Shown: positions 1 to 13,379, counted from the first letter of the whole stretch. The stretch: DNA of 63,747 nt, filler included, from Octopus bimaculoides (GCF_001194135.2; 5 parts of 5 records of this genome joined end to end with filler, not necessarily neighbours in it), one strand, 5' to 3'. Numbers and translations: made by a program. Notes: a model not told the origin generated them from the letters alone.

Positions 1-164
1 TTATCTATTTATTTATCTATTTATTTATAACTTTCTCCGTTTTCTTCCTCTGTTTAGACGAACTTTCCTACCTTTTCGGACAAAACCTTTTGTAACCTTC
101 GTCCTGTCTTTGTCCTTATATGTTTTTAATTGATATTAGCCCTTGTGGCCAATAAAACGAATTA

Positions 165-211
<47 letters not shown>

Positions 212-296
212 CATTCAGACCACTGCCTGGAATCGAACTCGGAACCTTGGAGTTCGATTCCAGTCAGTGACCTGAATAATAATTTGGTTGATGATG

Positions 297-352
<56 letters not shown>

Positions 353-379
353 AAAACCATCGAAAAATACTTTAGGAAT

Positions 380-520
380 GAGAACCCAGGTTCGAAATTT
401 CTCCAAGAAACCTGATGAAGGCTAGAGGGTATATCAGCCGAAACGTTGTGTCAACAACAAACAAGATGAGGACAAATATCCGTCAAATGTAAATAATGTA
501 AATAATGTATTAATTTCTTT
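380..520 (+). mobile_element. Penelope-like element terminal (pLTR) remnant carrying a hammerhead motif
   Basis: CTGATGAAGGCT...AGCCGAAACGTTG motif followed by an (AATGTAAAT)n-like tail. Hammerhead-bearing pLTRs are established for Penelope-like elements. No RT/GIY-YIG ORF seen nearby. Confidence 0.55.
407..452 (+). ncRNA. Minimal type I hammerhead ribozyme-like motif
   Basis: CUGAUGA 412-418, one extra A, helix II GGCU(420-423)/AGCC(436-439), GAAA 440-443, palindromic ACGU helix III, H17=U447, helix I GAAAC(407-411)/GUGUC(448-452) with 4 of 5 pairs. Confidence 0.6.
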
Positions 521-986
521 AACTGGTTGATTTATCTGCTACAATGCGCAAGTAGTACTTCATATCCAAGACTCGTGCATTTTTAACCTTAATTCTCAGA
601 CAAAATTAAAAAGATACGCTGTGACACGATTTTCCACTTGAGAATTACAAGTACAGTGCGTCTTACTGGGTACATTAAAGTTTTAGTCAATCCCCGCTCT
701 CGCAACGCATGGACCACCTCGTGACTATATAAAAGAACTTTTGCCAAAGTTACTACATATGGGATCAAACGCAGGTTTCGAAACAAGCTTCTAGAATATT
801 CGGCAGTATAGCGCCTACACACACGCGCGCGCGTGCACACACACAATCATTATATATGCCATTATGTACACGTGTGTCTATATATATCTATATACAAGTG
901 TGTATCTGTATACACACACAGAGATATATATACATACATATATGTAAACATATATGAACATATGCATATGTACATAAACATATATC

Positions 987-1025
<39 letters not shown>

Positions 1026-1696
1026 NNNNNNNNNNNNNNNNNNNNNNNNNNNNNNNNNNNNNNNNNNNNNNNNNNNNNNNNNNNNNNNNNNNNNNNNNNN
1101 NNNNNNNNNNNNNNNNNNNNNNNNNNNNNNNNNNNNNNNNNNNNNNNNNNNNNNNNNNNNNNNNNNNNNNNNNNNNNNNNNNNNNNNNNNNNNNNNNNNN
1201 NNNNNNNNNNNNNNNNNNNNNNNNNNNNNNNNNNNNNNNNNNNNNNNNNNNNNNNNNNNNNNNNNNNNNNNNNNNNNNNNNNNNNNNNNNNNNNNNNNNN
1301 NNNNNNNNNNNNNNNNNNNNNNNNNNNNNNNNNNNNNNNNNNNNNNNNNNNNNNNNNNNNNNNNNNNNNNNNNNNNNNNNNNNNNNNNNNNNNNNNNNNN
1401 NNNNNNNNNNNNNNNNNNNNNNNNNNNNNNNNNNNNNNNNNNNNNNNNNNNNNNNNNNNNNNNNNNNNNNNNNNNNNNNNNNNNNNNNNNNNNNNNNNNN
1501 NNNNNNNNNNNNNNNNNNNNNNNNNNNNNNNNNNNNNNNNNNNNNNNNNNNNNNNNNNNNNNNNNNNNNNNNNNNNNNNNNNNNNNNNNNNNNNNNNNNN
1601 NNNNNNNNNNNNNNNNNNNNNNNNNNNNNNNNNNNNNNNNNNNNNNNNNNNNNNNNNNNNNNNNNNNNNNNNNNNNNNNNNNNNNNNNNNNNNNNN

Positions 1697-1727
<31 letters not shown>

Positions 1728-2001
1728 GTATAAATATATATATATCTCCTCACGTGTGTATATATAAATATATATAAATCTATTGGAACATATACTTAAA
1801 TGTGTCCATGTCATATGTGTGTGTGTATATATGTATGTATATATATGTATATATATACACGCATGCACACACATATACACACATACGTGGAAACATATTC
1901 TAAAGACTGTCACTAACCACATTTCAAAGAAAATGTGAAAAATGTAAGGAACATAAAACAAAAGTGAATAGAAATAATAACATTAATAAAGAGCATTAAG
2001 A

Positions 2002-2060
<59 letters not shown>

Positions 2061-2734
2061 GGAAATAAAAAGTAGCAAATGTAACGAACTTGAAATGTTA
2101 AAAAGTAACAGAAAAAATGAAAGGAAAATATAAAGGAAGGAAGCGAAGAAGAAAGCGGGGAAAAAGACCCTACATGTTAGAAAAAAATAACAAACCAAAA
2201 AAATATAGATAAATAAATAAAAACAGTGAACAAAGCAAAAAGAAGTGAGAAAATACGTTAAAGTATGGGGATATCTTTGTGTGTGAAGTGTCAGGGAAAG
2301 AATGGGTTAGGATAAAAAAAAAAACATAAAAAGTAAATACAACAAAAACTGAAACTTATGAATGATGAGAATTAGTTCGAAAAGAGAAAACAATACAAAC
2401 TACATCAGAACAACAGCAAATAATGTTATAGTAGGAGAAAAAAATCTTTAAGATATGTTTTTATCTCTTATTTCTGTAGAGATTGTAATCTCTGGAATCG
2501 TTACTACTAAAGATTAGAAGCAATATGTTACCGTGCTGAGTTACGCCCCTTTAACATTCTGAGTCCAAATCTGTTATTTGAAGGCTTTCAGGGAGATATG
2601 ATTGCTATTTGTTCCATTCCACCTGTGTTCTTTTTGAATTTTACTATGCTTCATCAATTAGAATATAATTATTCTAATCAAAAATGTTATAATTTTAAAT
2701 TATTACAATTTCTTGGCTTATTTACGACAAAAGA

Positions 2735-2870
2735 GCGAGTCCTAGTGATTAGGGTGTCGTACTCAGATCACAAGATCGTACTTTCGATTCCAGACAAGCC
2801 GTGTGTTGTATTCTTAAGCAAAACACTCAATTTCTCCTTGATCCAGTTCACAGCGGTAAATGGATAATTT
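2735..2870 (+). mobile_element. Diverged tRNA-derived SINE 5' part
   Basis: Degenerate A-box (CCTAGTGATTAG) and B-box-like (TTTCGATTCC), followed by TGTGTTGTATTCTTAAGCAAAACACT; head layout resembles the SINE at 30519. Confidence 0.45.
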
Positions 2871-3451
2871 TGCGTTCAAAGAGAGTGTTGGCTTGTGAAG
2901 TGGCATCATTTGAATGCTTCAGTAATACGAGGAAGAGTATCTTGACCAGCAGTGTGTAATCACATCCTATAGTCTTTTCGATACAGTGATTTATAACAAA
3001 TGGAATACTGTCAATTTACTATTATGTTTTCATGAAGCAGATCCCCTAATCGATAGTTTTTTCCTTGTCCTTCAAGTGATATTCAGTTTCTCACGATGTA
3101 GAATACCTTTATTACTAACGAGTAAGCGAGGAAACTCGACGTAGTCGATGGAGAAACTAGCCACAACACCCATATTTCCCTCAAAATCTCATCCGTCACC
3201 TTATATAATGATGACAAGACACTTTGATTTGGTTAATCTGGTGAAAAAGCCTAGCGTAGAAGCAAGACATGCTTTGTTCATAAGTTTTTTCAGAGCAGAC
3301 CCAAAAGACACAATTTCACCGAAAGGACTGAAGAATTATGGCGAACTGAGTACCTTCGTTCAAGTGTGTCAATTTTCAGGCACACACAGGCACACAAATT
3401 ATATATACATATTTTCATAGCATTTTTTTCATAGCATTTTTTTGGTGGTCC

Positions 3452-3512
3452 GATAACTGAAGAAATGCCGGCGTGAGTTTCCGCCCCGGCATCCGAAACT
3501 CGGAGTTTTATC
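3452..3512 (+). ncRNA. Type I hammerhead ribozyme-like motif
   Basis: Helix I GAUAA(3452-3456)/UUAUC(3508-3512) perfect; CUGAAGA 3457-3463; helix II AUGCCGG(3465-3471)/CCGGCAU(3486-3492); GAAA 3495-3498; helix III ACUC-G-GAGU (3498-3506); H17=U3507. The base of helix II is mismatched (A opposite CC). Confidence 0.65.
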
Positions 3513-3712
3513 ATGGCTCCGGAATAATTGTCACGTATTATACTTACAGATAAATTCCTCTATTTACATAATATCGAGGCCTCTTTCATCCTTTTGTTGT
3601 CTTGACATTTCTATCAATATATATATATATATAATTTGTTTGTCTGTGTGTGCCTGAAAATCGACAGATAGATAGATAGATATATAGAGTGATAGATAGA
3701 TAGAGAGATAGG

Positions 3713-3757
<45 letters not shown>

Positions 3758-3767
3758 CAGCAATGAA

Positions 3768-3823
<56 letters not shown>

Positions 3824-4175
3824 NNNNNNNNNNNNNNNNNNNNNNNNNNNNNNNNNNNNNNNNNNNNNNNNNNNNNNNNNNNNNNNNNNNNNNNNNNNNN
3901 NNNNNNNNNNNNNNNNNNNNNNNNNNNNNNNNNNNNNNNNNNNNNNNNNNNNNNNNNNNNNNNNNNNNNNNNNNNNNNNNNNNNNNNNNNNNNNNNNNNN
4001 NNNNNNNNNNNNNNNNNNNNNNNNNNNNNNNNNNNNNNNNNNNNNNNNNNNNNNNNNNNNNNNNNNNNNNNNNNNNNNNNNNNNNNNNNNNNNNNNNNNN
4101 NNNNNNNNNNNNNNNNNNNNNNNNNNNNNNNNNNNNNNNNNNNNNNNNNNNNNNNNNNNNNNNNNNNNNNNNNNN

Positions 4176-4247
<72 letters not shown>

Positions 4248-5534
4248 AGGTGGAGTTGGCTAGATTAATGAATGCCGTGGATAGTAGCTTAATATCCTAT
4301 GTGCTGTTGTTGGGACAAAAAGGCGAGTATATCTTCATTGAGAAGCGGTCAGCAAGCTGTGAAAAGTTTCGTTAGGAGACTCATTTCAAATTGTAAATAT
4401 ATAGTAAATGATGTATTATGACACTGTGAGTTCAAGTTGAAGCAATGAAATCATGAAAGGAGCCGATTTAGCTATTTTAGGTCTTACAAATTTGTAACTT
4501 ACAAAGTTTATCTGGCGAGCCATTAACACTGTCATTAATACAATTCTACTATATCTTTAGAAGTTGAGATACTAACGACGCGTTATAAATCTCAAGAGGG
4601 TTGTTTATTTTTCTACTGTATTTTTTGCAAAATTTCAGCCCTTTGACGTTGCTTGACCCTATGACATGGGATACCCTTAGACTAATTTCAGTTAAATTCC
4701 TTTGTTGAATCACTCTTCCACGTAGTGTACGCTTATTTATACATTTCATTATCTCTAACCCTTCATTTTTTTAAAAATCTCATTGGAGACTTGTTTTAAA
4801 CATATGGAGGCGTCCGAATTATTTGCTGTCGATAGAGGTCTATTAAAATCAGATTTTTTTGTTAACGAGAGTATTTAACCCACGCAGTATATAAAGCAAG
4901 AACCGAATCATGATAATTGAAAATATAACGTAACAGCTAAAAACCAAGCACACGGGTAAAACATACACAGAGCTATTATGTAATATTTTACAATTTTACA
5001 CTATTATTGTTTCTTTCTTATNNNNNNNNNNNNNNNNNNNNNNNNNNNNNNNNNNNNNNNNNNNNNNNNNNNNNNNNNNNNNNNNNNNNNNNNNNNNNNN
5101 NNNNNNNNNNNNNNNNNNNNNNNNNNNNNNNNNNNNNNNNNNNNNNNNNNNNNNNNNNNNNNNNNNNNNNNNNNNNNNNNNNNNNNNNNNNNNNNNNNNN
5201 NNNNNNNNNNNNNNNNNNNNNNNNNNNNNNNNNNNNNNNNNNNNNNNNNNNNNNNNNNNNNNNNNNNNNNNNNNNNNNNNNNNNNNNNNNNNNNNNNNNN
5301 NNNNNNNNNNNNNNNNNNNNNNNNNNNNNNNNNNNNNNNNNNNNNNNNNNNNNNNNNNNNNNNNNNNNNNNNNNNNNNNNNNNNNNNNNNNNNNNNNNNN
5401 NNNNNNNNNNNNNNNNNNNNNNNNNNNNNNNNNNNNNNNNNNNNNNNNNNNNNNNNNNNNNNNNNNNNNNNNNNNNNNNNNNNNNNNNNNNNNNNNNNNN
5501 NNNNNNNNNNNNNNNNNNNNNNNNNNNNNNNNNN

Positions 5535-5573
<39 letters not shown>

Positions 5574-5676
5574 GTATGTATATATGTACACACACGCATA
5601 TACATGTTTACTGACGAAAGAAATTGTACACACTACCATAGTTATGATTGATATTATATTTCATTTTGGTTGAGTC

Positions 5677-5997
5677 AGTATCTTAGACGGCAAGAAATAT
5701 TCTCCAAACAGTGTTCAATTAGGTGTTTCTGTATCATTTTAAGTAAATAATATCCGTACACACTGAGTGCTCTGCCGGCTGACAAGAGAAAGAAACTGAT
5801 TCGACCAAAATAAAATATATTCAGCTCTTCCCTGCTATTAAGCATTCCTTTTCTGATAGTTTTCATTTAATGGATATAAGACTCCAGCCGTTGTCAGCTG
5901 ATAGAGCACTTCACGTATACAGAGACTATTTGATCAAAATGATGGAGAAAGACCTAACAGTTTACTCTTTCAAGAATATCGTTGTGCTGTTCAGACA
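5677..5997. mobile_element. Old foldback/MITE-like element with ~110-bp diverged inverted arms
   Basis: ~5677-5785 aligns by eye to the reverse complement of ~5889-5997 (e.g. GAGTGCTCTGCCGGCTGACAA vs TTGTCAGCTGATAGAGCACTT; TTAGGTGTTTCT vs AGAAAGACCTAA). Confidence 0.65.
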
Positions 5998-6476
5998 CCT
6001 CCTTAGGAAGGAATACAGTGACTGGACAAAGTTAACAAAGTTAATATATATATATATATATACATATGTGTGTGTGTATGTATGTATGTATGTATGTATG
6101 TATGAGTGTGTGTGCGCGCGATTCCACAGATAAAATGGTAAAAAGAGAGGGGGAGAAATGGAGAGCGACAGGCAGAGTGATAGAAAAACGAACACACATA
6201 AAGAGACAGAAAGAGAATAACCCTATGTAACGAAATCTGTACATTTTTTTGTTTACTTTGGTCAGTAAGTGTTATTTCCAGTTTGCTTCTATCCAGAAAT
6301 CAAGGGATATGACTACTATTCACTTTAAGTGTTGCCTTTGTGACCGGGACATCAATATTTTAAAACTATTTTCCATTGCATTTCAGACAATTTCAACGCT
6401 TAGTTGCTGAAGCAGAAATATCGTAATAGCAAATATTCTACTCAGTACCACAGATCTGCTTATCAGTCGTTTGACC

Positions 6477-6577
6477 TCAACCACTTGACCATGTTCCGTA
6501 ATGCCCAACAATATGTCCATCTCTAATAGTGAGTGGGGGAGCACCATAGCCATGTGTCGAGAGGGATTCTTTGAAGT
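6477..6577 (-). CDS. Candidate terminal coding exon of an unidentified minus-strand gene (DFKESLSTHGYGAPPLTIRDGHIVGHYGTWSSG*)
   Basis: Strong acceptor TTTGCTTTTGCTGTATTTATTCAG| on the minus strand; the phase-1 frame is open to TGA at 6477 and is phase-compatible with the exon at 26712-26876. No homology recognised. Confidence 0.35.
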
Positions 6578-7249
6578 CTGAATAAATACAGCAAAAGCAA
6601 AGTTTGAAGGAAATATTAGCCATTTTCCATACTTTCCAGGGGTAAGCAAGTAGGAAATAACACTTGTTACCCAAGGACAAAAATGGTGTCATATTGAGTA
6701 ATCAGTACAGAGGTGGTGATTTATTTATCGAAATTGTGAAATGCAAGCTGAGCTAAGCAGAATCTAAAAATAAAGCGTAAAGAGTCGCAACGAATAACTT
6801 AAGGCAATATATCAGACACTCTAAGGCGATGCGCTGGCAGAATCGTTAGCACGCCGAACGAAATGATTCGCGCCATTTCGGCAGAGGTTGACAGCTTTCA
6901 TCCTGAGACAGTAACGTCGAAGCAGTTGACTTACCACCTTCCTCGAAATTACTGGCCTTGTGGCAAAGTTTGAAACCAATATATCTAATGCTCTAACGAT
7001 TTTGTCTGACGACCGTACATATATACATGCATACATACATACCTACATACATACATACATACATACATACATACATACATTCATAATACATACATACATA
7101 CATACATACATTCATAATACATACATACATACATACATACATACATACATACATACATAGAAACATACATACATACATACACATACATACATACATACAT
7201 ACATACACAATATATCATATATCTGAATAAGAATCACAATCTAAATCAT

Positions 7250-7718
7250 TAAAATTAAAGTCTAGTCATAGAGTGACCAATGGTTTCGCATCCACGAAAG
7301 CCACAACTTTGTGGACAGCTCATGAGACTATACAAAGACAAGCTTAACCCTTCACCTACCAGAGGCGGAGAAACGCTATGGTCAATTGGTCAAACGTCTA
7401 TCATATAAAAGACCGTTAGTAAAGACGGGTTGTCTCCCCCGGATCATCGATTAACTGGAATTGTGGATCTATTTCGTAAGGTCCCTTACGAGCCTAATCA
7501 GTGAACAGAGAATCCCAATTTTGCAGGAGTTAGCGCTTGAAATATTTCTTTATGAGTGCTCAGCGAGCCAAGGTTTGGTCAACTGACCATAGCGTTTCTC
7601 TGCCCCTGCGAGTTGATGAATTAATTTGTTCTTGTATAGAGTCTAATGAGCTGTCCACAAGGCTGCAGCTTTCGTGGATGCCAAACCACTGGTCACTCTA
7701 TCACCAAACTTTAACTTA
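7250..7718. mobile_element. Foldback/MITE-like element with ~145-bp inverted arms
   Basis: 7250-7396 matches the reverse complement of 7572-7718 (ATAGAGTGACCA, GCATCCACGAAAGC, TTGTGGACAGCTCAT and GAGAAACGCTATGGTCA shared); ~175-bp spacer. Confidence 0.8.
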
Positions 7719-7843
7719 CGTGACTTAACACATACATACACACATATATATATACACTTACATACATGCAATTATTACACACACAAACACACACACACAC
7801 ACACACACACAAACACCCCCCACACATATATATATATATACGT

Positions 7844-8201
7844 AATCAAAATAAGCAACAGGGATTTTAAAGATGATTGCAGTACGCACGTTTCATGCTA
7901 CTCCATTTATGTAAGTAATGCGCGCATTACCTTAAATGCAATATGTAGACCAATCTTCAGCTGCACAAAAATGTATGGCTATGTCAAGATAGATTTTTAT
8001 GTATTCTTCGTCCCACTTGGATTTTAAATGTTGCCACAATTATAATATGTCTATTCTACTGTAATTTTCTACATTTTTGTGCAGCTGAAGATTGCTCTAC
8101 ATATTGCATTTAATGTAATGCTCGGATTACTTAAATAAATGGAGTAGCATGAAACATGCGTACTGCAATCATCTTTAAAATCCGTGTTGCTTATTTTGAT
8201 T
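7844..8201. mobile_element. Young foldback/MITE-like element with ~132-bp near-perfect inverted arms
   Basis: 7844-7975 (AATCAAAATAAGCAACA...CTGCACAAAAATGTA) matches the reverse complement of 8070-8201 with only a handful of mismatches; ~94-bp spacer. Confidence 0.85.
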
Positions 8202-9781
8202 TTTTGATCACCTCGCTTTTAGAATGGATTTTGGATAATACCATACTATATTCCGATGCCTAAACATAAGTACCATATTCAATTTTGAATCTAAATCTAA
8301 ATCTATATATATATGTATGTATGTAATATAACAAATGAAGGAAAAACGATTCCTTCAAAGGGGTGTAAAACATCCAATTTACTGGTACGGCAGTTGAATA
8401 CCACAGAGGTAGGAGTATAAATACAAACTGCAAATAATAAATTAAATCGAGAAATACAATTGACAATCTAACAATTTATTACATTAGAATATAATATAAT
8501 ATTCATATGATATAAGATAATATAACCAATTTAAGAAAAAGAAGCAAATAACGCCAACAATTTGTTTCAACTTATATATATCATTTGATTTATAAGCAAT
8601 TCATATCTATGCATGCGAGTCTCTTCAAGACCTTATTTCGAAAGACCGACAAAATTCCATGTAAAAGGACTGCCAGATTGCATAATACTGATTCAAAATG
8701 CCTATGTTTAGGCGAGCGAGCGTTAACAATTCAAAACATTTGCACAACAAAAGAAACAACACAATTCGAATGGATAAAGTAAGTAAAGAAAATTTATAAC
8801 GGTCGAAAACTGCTTTCATATATCTCCAATGTATTTAAATCGAAAGTAATCACTGGCCATTTTAATGATATATAATATTAATAATAATAATAATGATGAT
8901 GATGATGATGATGATGATGCTGCTGCTGATGATGATGATGATGACGATGATGATGATGATAATAATCATAATAATAATAATAATAATAATGATAATAATA
9001 ATAATATATAAATATATTACTAAATAAAGTATCAGAGTTTTACTTTGTTTTATTGACGGATTAATCGTGTAAATCCATATTTATTCTGTAAATATGTCTA
9101 TACATGTTCGAAAGAACGTATTTCTAGTATAGCAATTAACTATTTATTTATATATGATACTATTCATACATTTATTATTTCGCAAAGAAAATATATAAAT
9201 TATATGTAATGATGATATATAATAACCCCTCTTAATTATCTGTTGTTACTGACAAAGATTATTCAAAGTAGCTAACTAATAATGGTACTTATTTACGTAG
9301 TTTATCGGAGGCAGAGCTCTGTGAATTTAAACAAACAAGAAACAAAATCTACGATAATTATAATCTATATCATTTCTCAGATAAAGAGACAATAAATAAA
9401 AATTATATTATGCAATCTGGCAGTCCTTTTATATAAATAGGAAATAGTGGCACAACAAGGTACCAAAGTAGAAACAGCTGTAAGAGTTTAGTATTTTTTC
9501 ACTCATTTATTCTTATTCATTTATCTTTATTTATTGATTTATTTACTTGTTTATTTTACTTATTTATTTTGATTACTTATACACATGATTGTGATTAATT
9601 AATAAATAGATCCAAATGATTGTTTACAGGCTGAAATTTGTTGATTGATTATCTTCTTCATTTTCTTATCTGCCTTATATATATATATAAATTATATTTA
9701 ACAGGAAGGACAACAAAAGAAAGAAAGAGACCTCGATATTATGCAAATAGAGGACTTTATCTGTAAAAATATGTGACACTT

Positions 9782-9847
<66 letters not shown>

Positions 9848-10023
9848 GATTAATAACAACAGAAGTATTAATGCCAAAAGGGTAATATTTATCTCCCACA
9901 GAAAGGAGGTGTTGTGTTAGAACACAGAATGATGCGTTATTTACCATTGGAGGACGTTTCATATGGAGGCGTCGTGCTTGAAAACACTCGTGTTCATATG
10001 GTTGACGGGTAATAACCATCCGC

Positions 10024-10101
10024 TACAGCTGCCAGATCACGTGACTTCGCCCTTCCTCGGCTTGTCAATGACAAACGTCCAGTGAAGACATGGCAGCTGT
10101 A
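10024..10101. repeat. Short stem-loop with 11-bp perfect inverted repeat
   Basis: TACAGCTGCCA (10024-10034) / TGGCAGCTGTA (10091-10101) enclosing a GC-richer loop with a CACGTGAC E-box and a TTGTCA-A-TGACAA mini-hairpin. Confidence 0.55.
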
Positions 10102-10157
10102 TAGAATATTAATATCTACTAAGGCACTTATGTGACAAATAGCCTATGTGTATTTTC

Positions 10158-10218
<61 letters not shown>

Positions 10219-10674
10219 GCTAGCTAGCTAGCTAGCTAACTAGCTAGCTAGCTATCAATCAATCTATCTTTAAACTCTTGTATATATTTCCCACTGCTGT
10301 AAAACTATCTTTTCATTCGTGTTTTCGAAGGTCCATAAGTCGACAAATAAAATACGAGTCTTTATGCAACTGATTCTTTTCTTTCTTTAATTCTTTCTTT
10401 CATTCTATGTCTCTGCACTTCTCTCTTCTGAAAACAATCGACTATTGGTCACAATTCTTTAACCAATCAGCTGGTTCGTAAGAGTGCTTTTTATCAAAGT
10501 CTCCAACTTTATCGACGATGTGCTGAGATCTGCCCGTTTATATTCAGTGATAATTCTAGCTTAGATAACTTGTATGCATTTCTGAGTGTGTTTGTCGTTT
10601 TATATGTGGCTTCGTTGTATATTTGGTGTTGGATGATCAGTGTCTTTGTGAGTAGCTTTCTTCTCTGTGTGTGC

Positions 10675-10716
<42 letters not shown>

Positions 10717-11025
10717 GCGTGTGTGCGTGTGTGTGTGTGCTAGCGCACGCACGTGTGTTTGTACGTGTACCAGTGTTTGGTGTTTAGCTGTTTGTTAATT
10801 TTGAACTTTTGACATTTTCATTACTGTTTCTACCAAGTAAATAAATTGATGCTCACATATATGTATANNNNNNNNNNNNNNNNNNNNNNNNNNNNNNNNN
10901 NNNNNNNNNNNNNNNNNNNNNNNNNNNNNNNNNNNNNNNNNNNNNNNNNNNNNNNNNNNNNNNNNNNNNNNNNNNNNNNNNNNNNNNNNNNNNNNNNNNN
11001 NNNNNNNNNNNNNNNNNNNNNNNNN

Positions 11026-11063
<38 letters not shown>

Positions 11064-11721
11064 TAACATATAAACACACTTATGTATGCAAGCACTTATA
11101 TATGCACATATATGATGGTCGTGGCTTATATATGTCTTGAGCCTGGGAGGTGGGTTTTAACGTATGGTTTGCTGATACTTCATTTATAACTTCTATAAAG
11201 AGCATTGTTTGTCTCTACTACGCATATTTTCTCCTCAAATAATCATAATGTGTGTGTGTGCATGTGTGTGTGTGTGTGTGTGTATGTGTGTGTGATGTAC
11301 GTACGTTGACATAATTTTACTTCAATGTCACTAAGCTTCCTAGCAGTGGAGTACCAATGTTGATATTTCTGTTTTGCTTATATTCACCACAGAACATCTC
11401 TGTTCTAACTGCTTTGTTGCCGGTCATTTCCTTTGTATAAGCTGTAGAGGGTTTAAGGATATCTCGGATGCTATACTACATTTCGCGTGAACAGTTTATC
11501 CTCCAGTTCATTTCCTTTACTCGGAAATTGTTATTGGCATATCCGCGTTTTTGAACGTCTATGCTTTACTTCCCCCCTTATCTAATGTAGTCGCTTGGTG
11601 AGTTAACTTTCAGCAGTAGTTTACTACTCATATTTCCTAATATCACACCCAGCATACACCACAGTTAATATTTTTGTCGACTTGTGCATCCAACGTTAAC
11701 ATTTTTATAATCTTTCTTTTA

Positions 11722-12088
11722 TCTTTTACTTGTTTTAATCACCAGATTGCGGTCCTGCAGAAGCACCGTTTTGAAGAATTCTTAGTCGAAGTATTTATAA
11801 TTTTCTAAGCCTGGCTGGTATTATTCAATCGGTCTCTTTTGCCAAACCTTTAGGTTACCTGGACGTAAACGCACCAACACGGGTTGTCAAGCAGTGGTGG
11901 GGGACACCACATACACACATACATACGATGGGCGTCTTTCAGTTTCCGTCTATCAAATTCCCTCAAAGATCAATGATTGGTCCAAGGCTATAGTAGAGGA
12001 CACTTGCCCAATTTGCAACGGAATGGGACTGAACCTGGAACCATGTGGTTGGGAAACAAACTTCTTACCACATGCCCACGCCTGTGCC
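11722..12088 (-). mobile_element. Full-length SINE, family A (tRNA-like head, central microsatellite)
   Basis: Reverse-complement match along its length to the copy at 63107-63468. Confidence 0.85.
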
Positions 12089-12720
12089 TGGTATGTATTT
12101 TGTGATGATGAAATTATATTTAATACTGGTTTATTATAACACATATTTGTAGTCACTGATGTCCGACTCCTATTCTAATCCTGATGAAACGCATTTTTGA
12201 AAGCGTGTTTAAGATATATTTGCCAAGTTTAAACGCCATATTTCTAAAAAATATAACGGCAACTCCAAAACTCTAGCTCCCGCCATAGTGGCTCTGGGAA
12301 TTTCCTACGCTTTTGCAAATTTGTAGCCCACCAACTTCTTGTAGTTAAGAAACACTTCTTGAGATTTCGAGTTTAAGTGTATAAATAGAACAGCGAGTCA
12401 CCAAAATATATGGACTTAAGTTTGACAAGTAACACAAAATTCAAGTATTACAGTAACTACATTCACTGAAGTTTAGAACGTCAAAGAACACACACACAGA
12501 CACACACACACAAACACAGACACACACACACACACACTCAACATATAGGTGTATGCAAGTATGTGTGTTTGTGAGTGTACGTGCGTTTGCGTATATATGG
12601 CTGGCAGCAGAATGACCAATAACCGTAATCTCAGTAGACAGACGCTAAAGAATAAAAGTTGTCGGTGAGCTGAATCAATTTCAGATGTATGGCTATTCAA
12701 ATTATTTGATGAGTCTCTCT

Positions 12721-12762
<42 letters not shown>

Positions 12763-12772
12763 NNNNNNNNNN

Positions 12773-12807
<35 letters not shown>

Positions 12808-13307
12808 CTCTGTCTCTCTCTCACTTTCTTTCTTGACTTTTTCTTCTGTTCACTCTTTGCTTCTCCCTTTCTCGCTCTCTGTGTCTCACATTGCTGTACA
12901 TACACACAAACACTTGTACATACTACCACTATTTACAACAAACACATGTATTATATATATGTGTGTATGTTCGCGCGTGTGTGCGTGTATGTGAGTGTAC
13001 ATACATACACACATACGCACACACATACACATACGTATATACGCTATACACAGGCTATACATACACGCACATGTAAAAGCGCATGTGTATGCGAGTGTAT
13101 ATACGTTCATGTGAAGAGTAGAAACAGCAAAGAGTGAGAGAATGGAGACGAAATGTTTTGAAACAGCAATAGATCATGGAAGACAGCTTGAATGAAATAT
13201 ATATAAAAACAATATCATATCTTTATTTCGTTTTGTGACGATTTGTTCACACCACAGCACCGTTTCATGTTTGTCGATAAACACGCAAACACACGCATAC
13301 ATACACA

Positions 13308-13379
<72 letters not shown>

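Noticed and set aside
12181-12215. CTGATGA-A-ACGC..GCGT as a fifth hammerhead
   Set aside because: Helix II is followed by GUUU rather than GAAA, and no helix I/III pairing is found.
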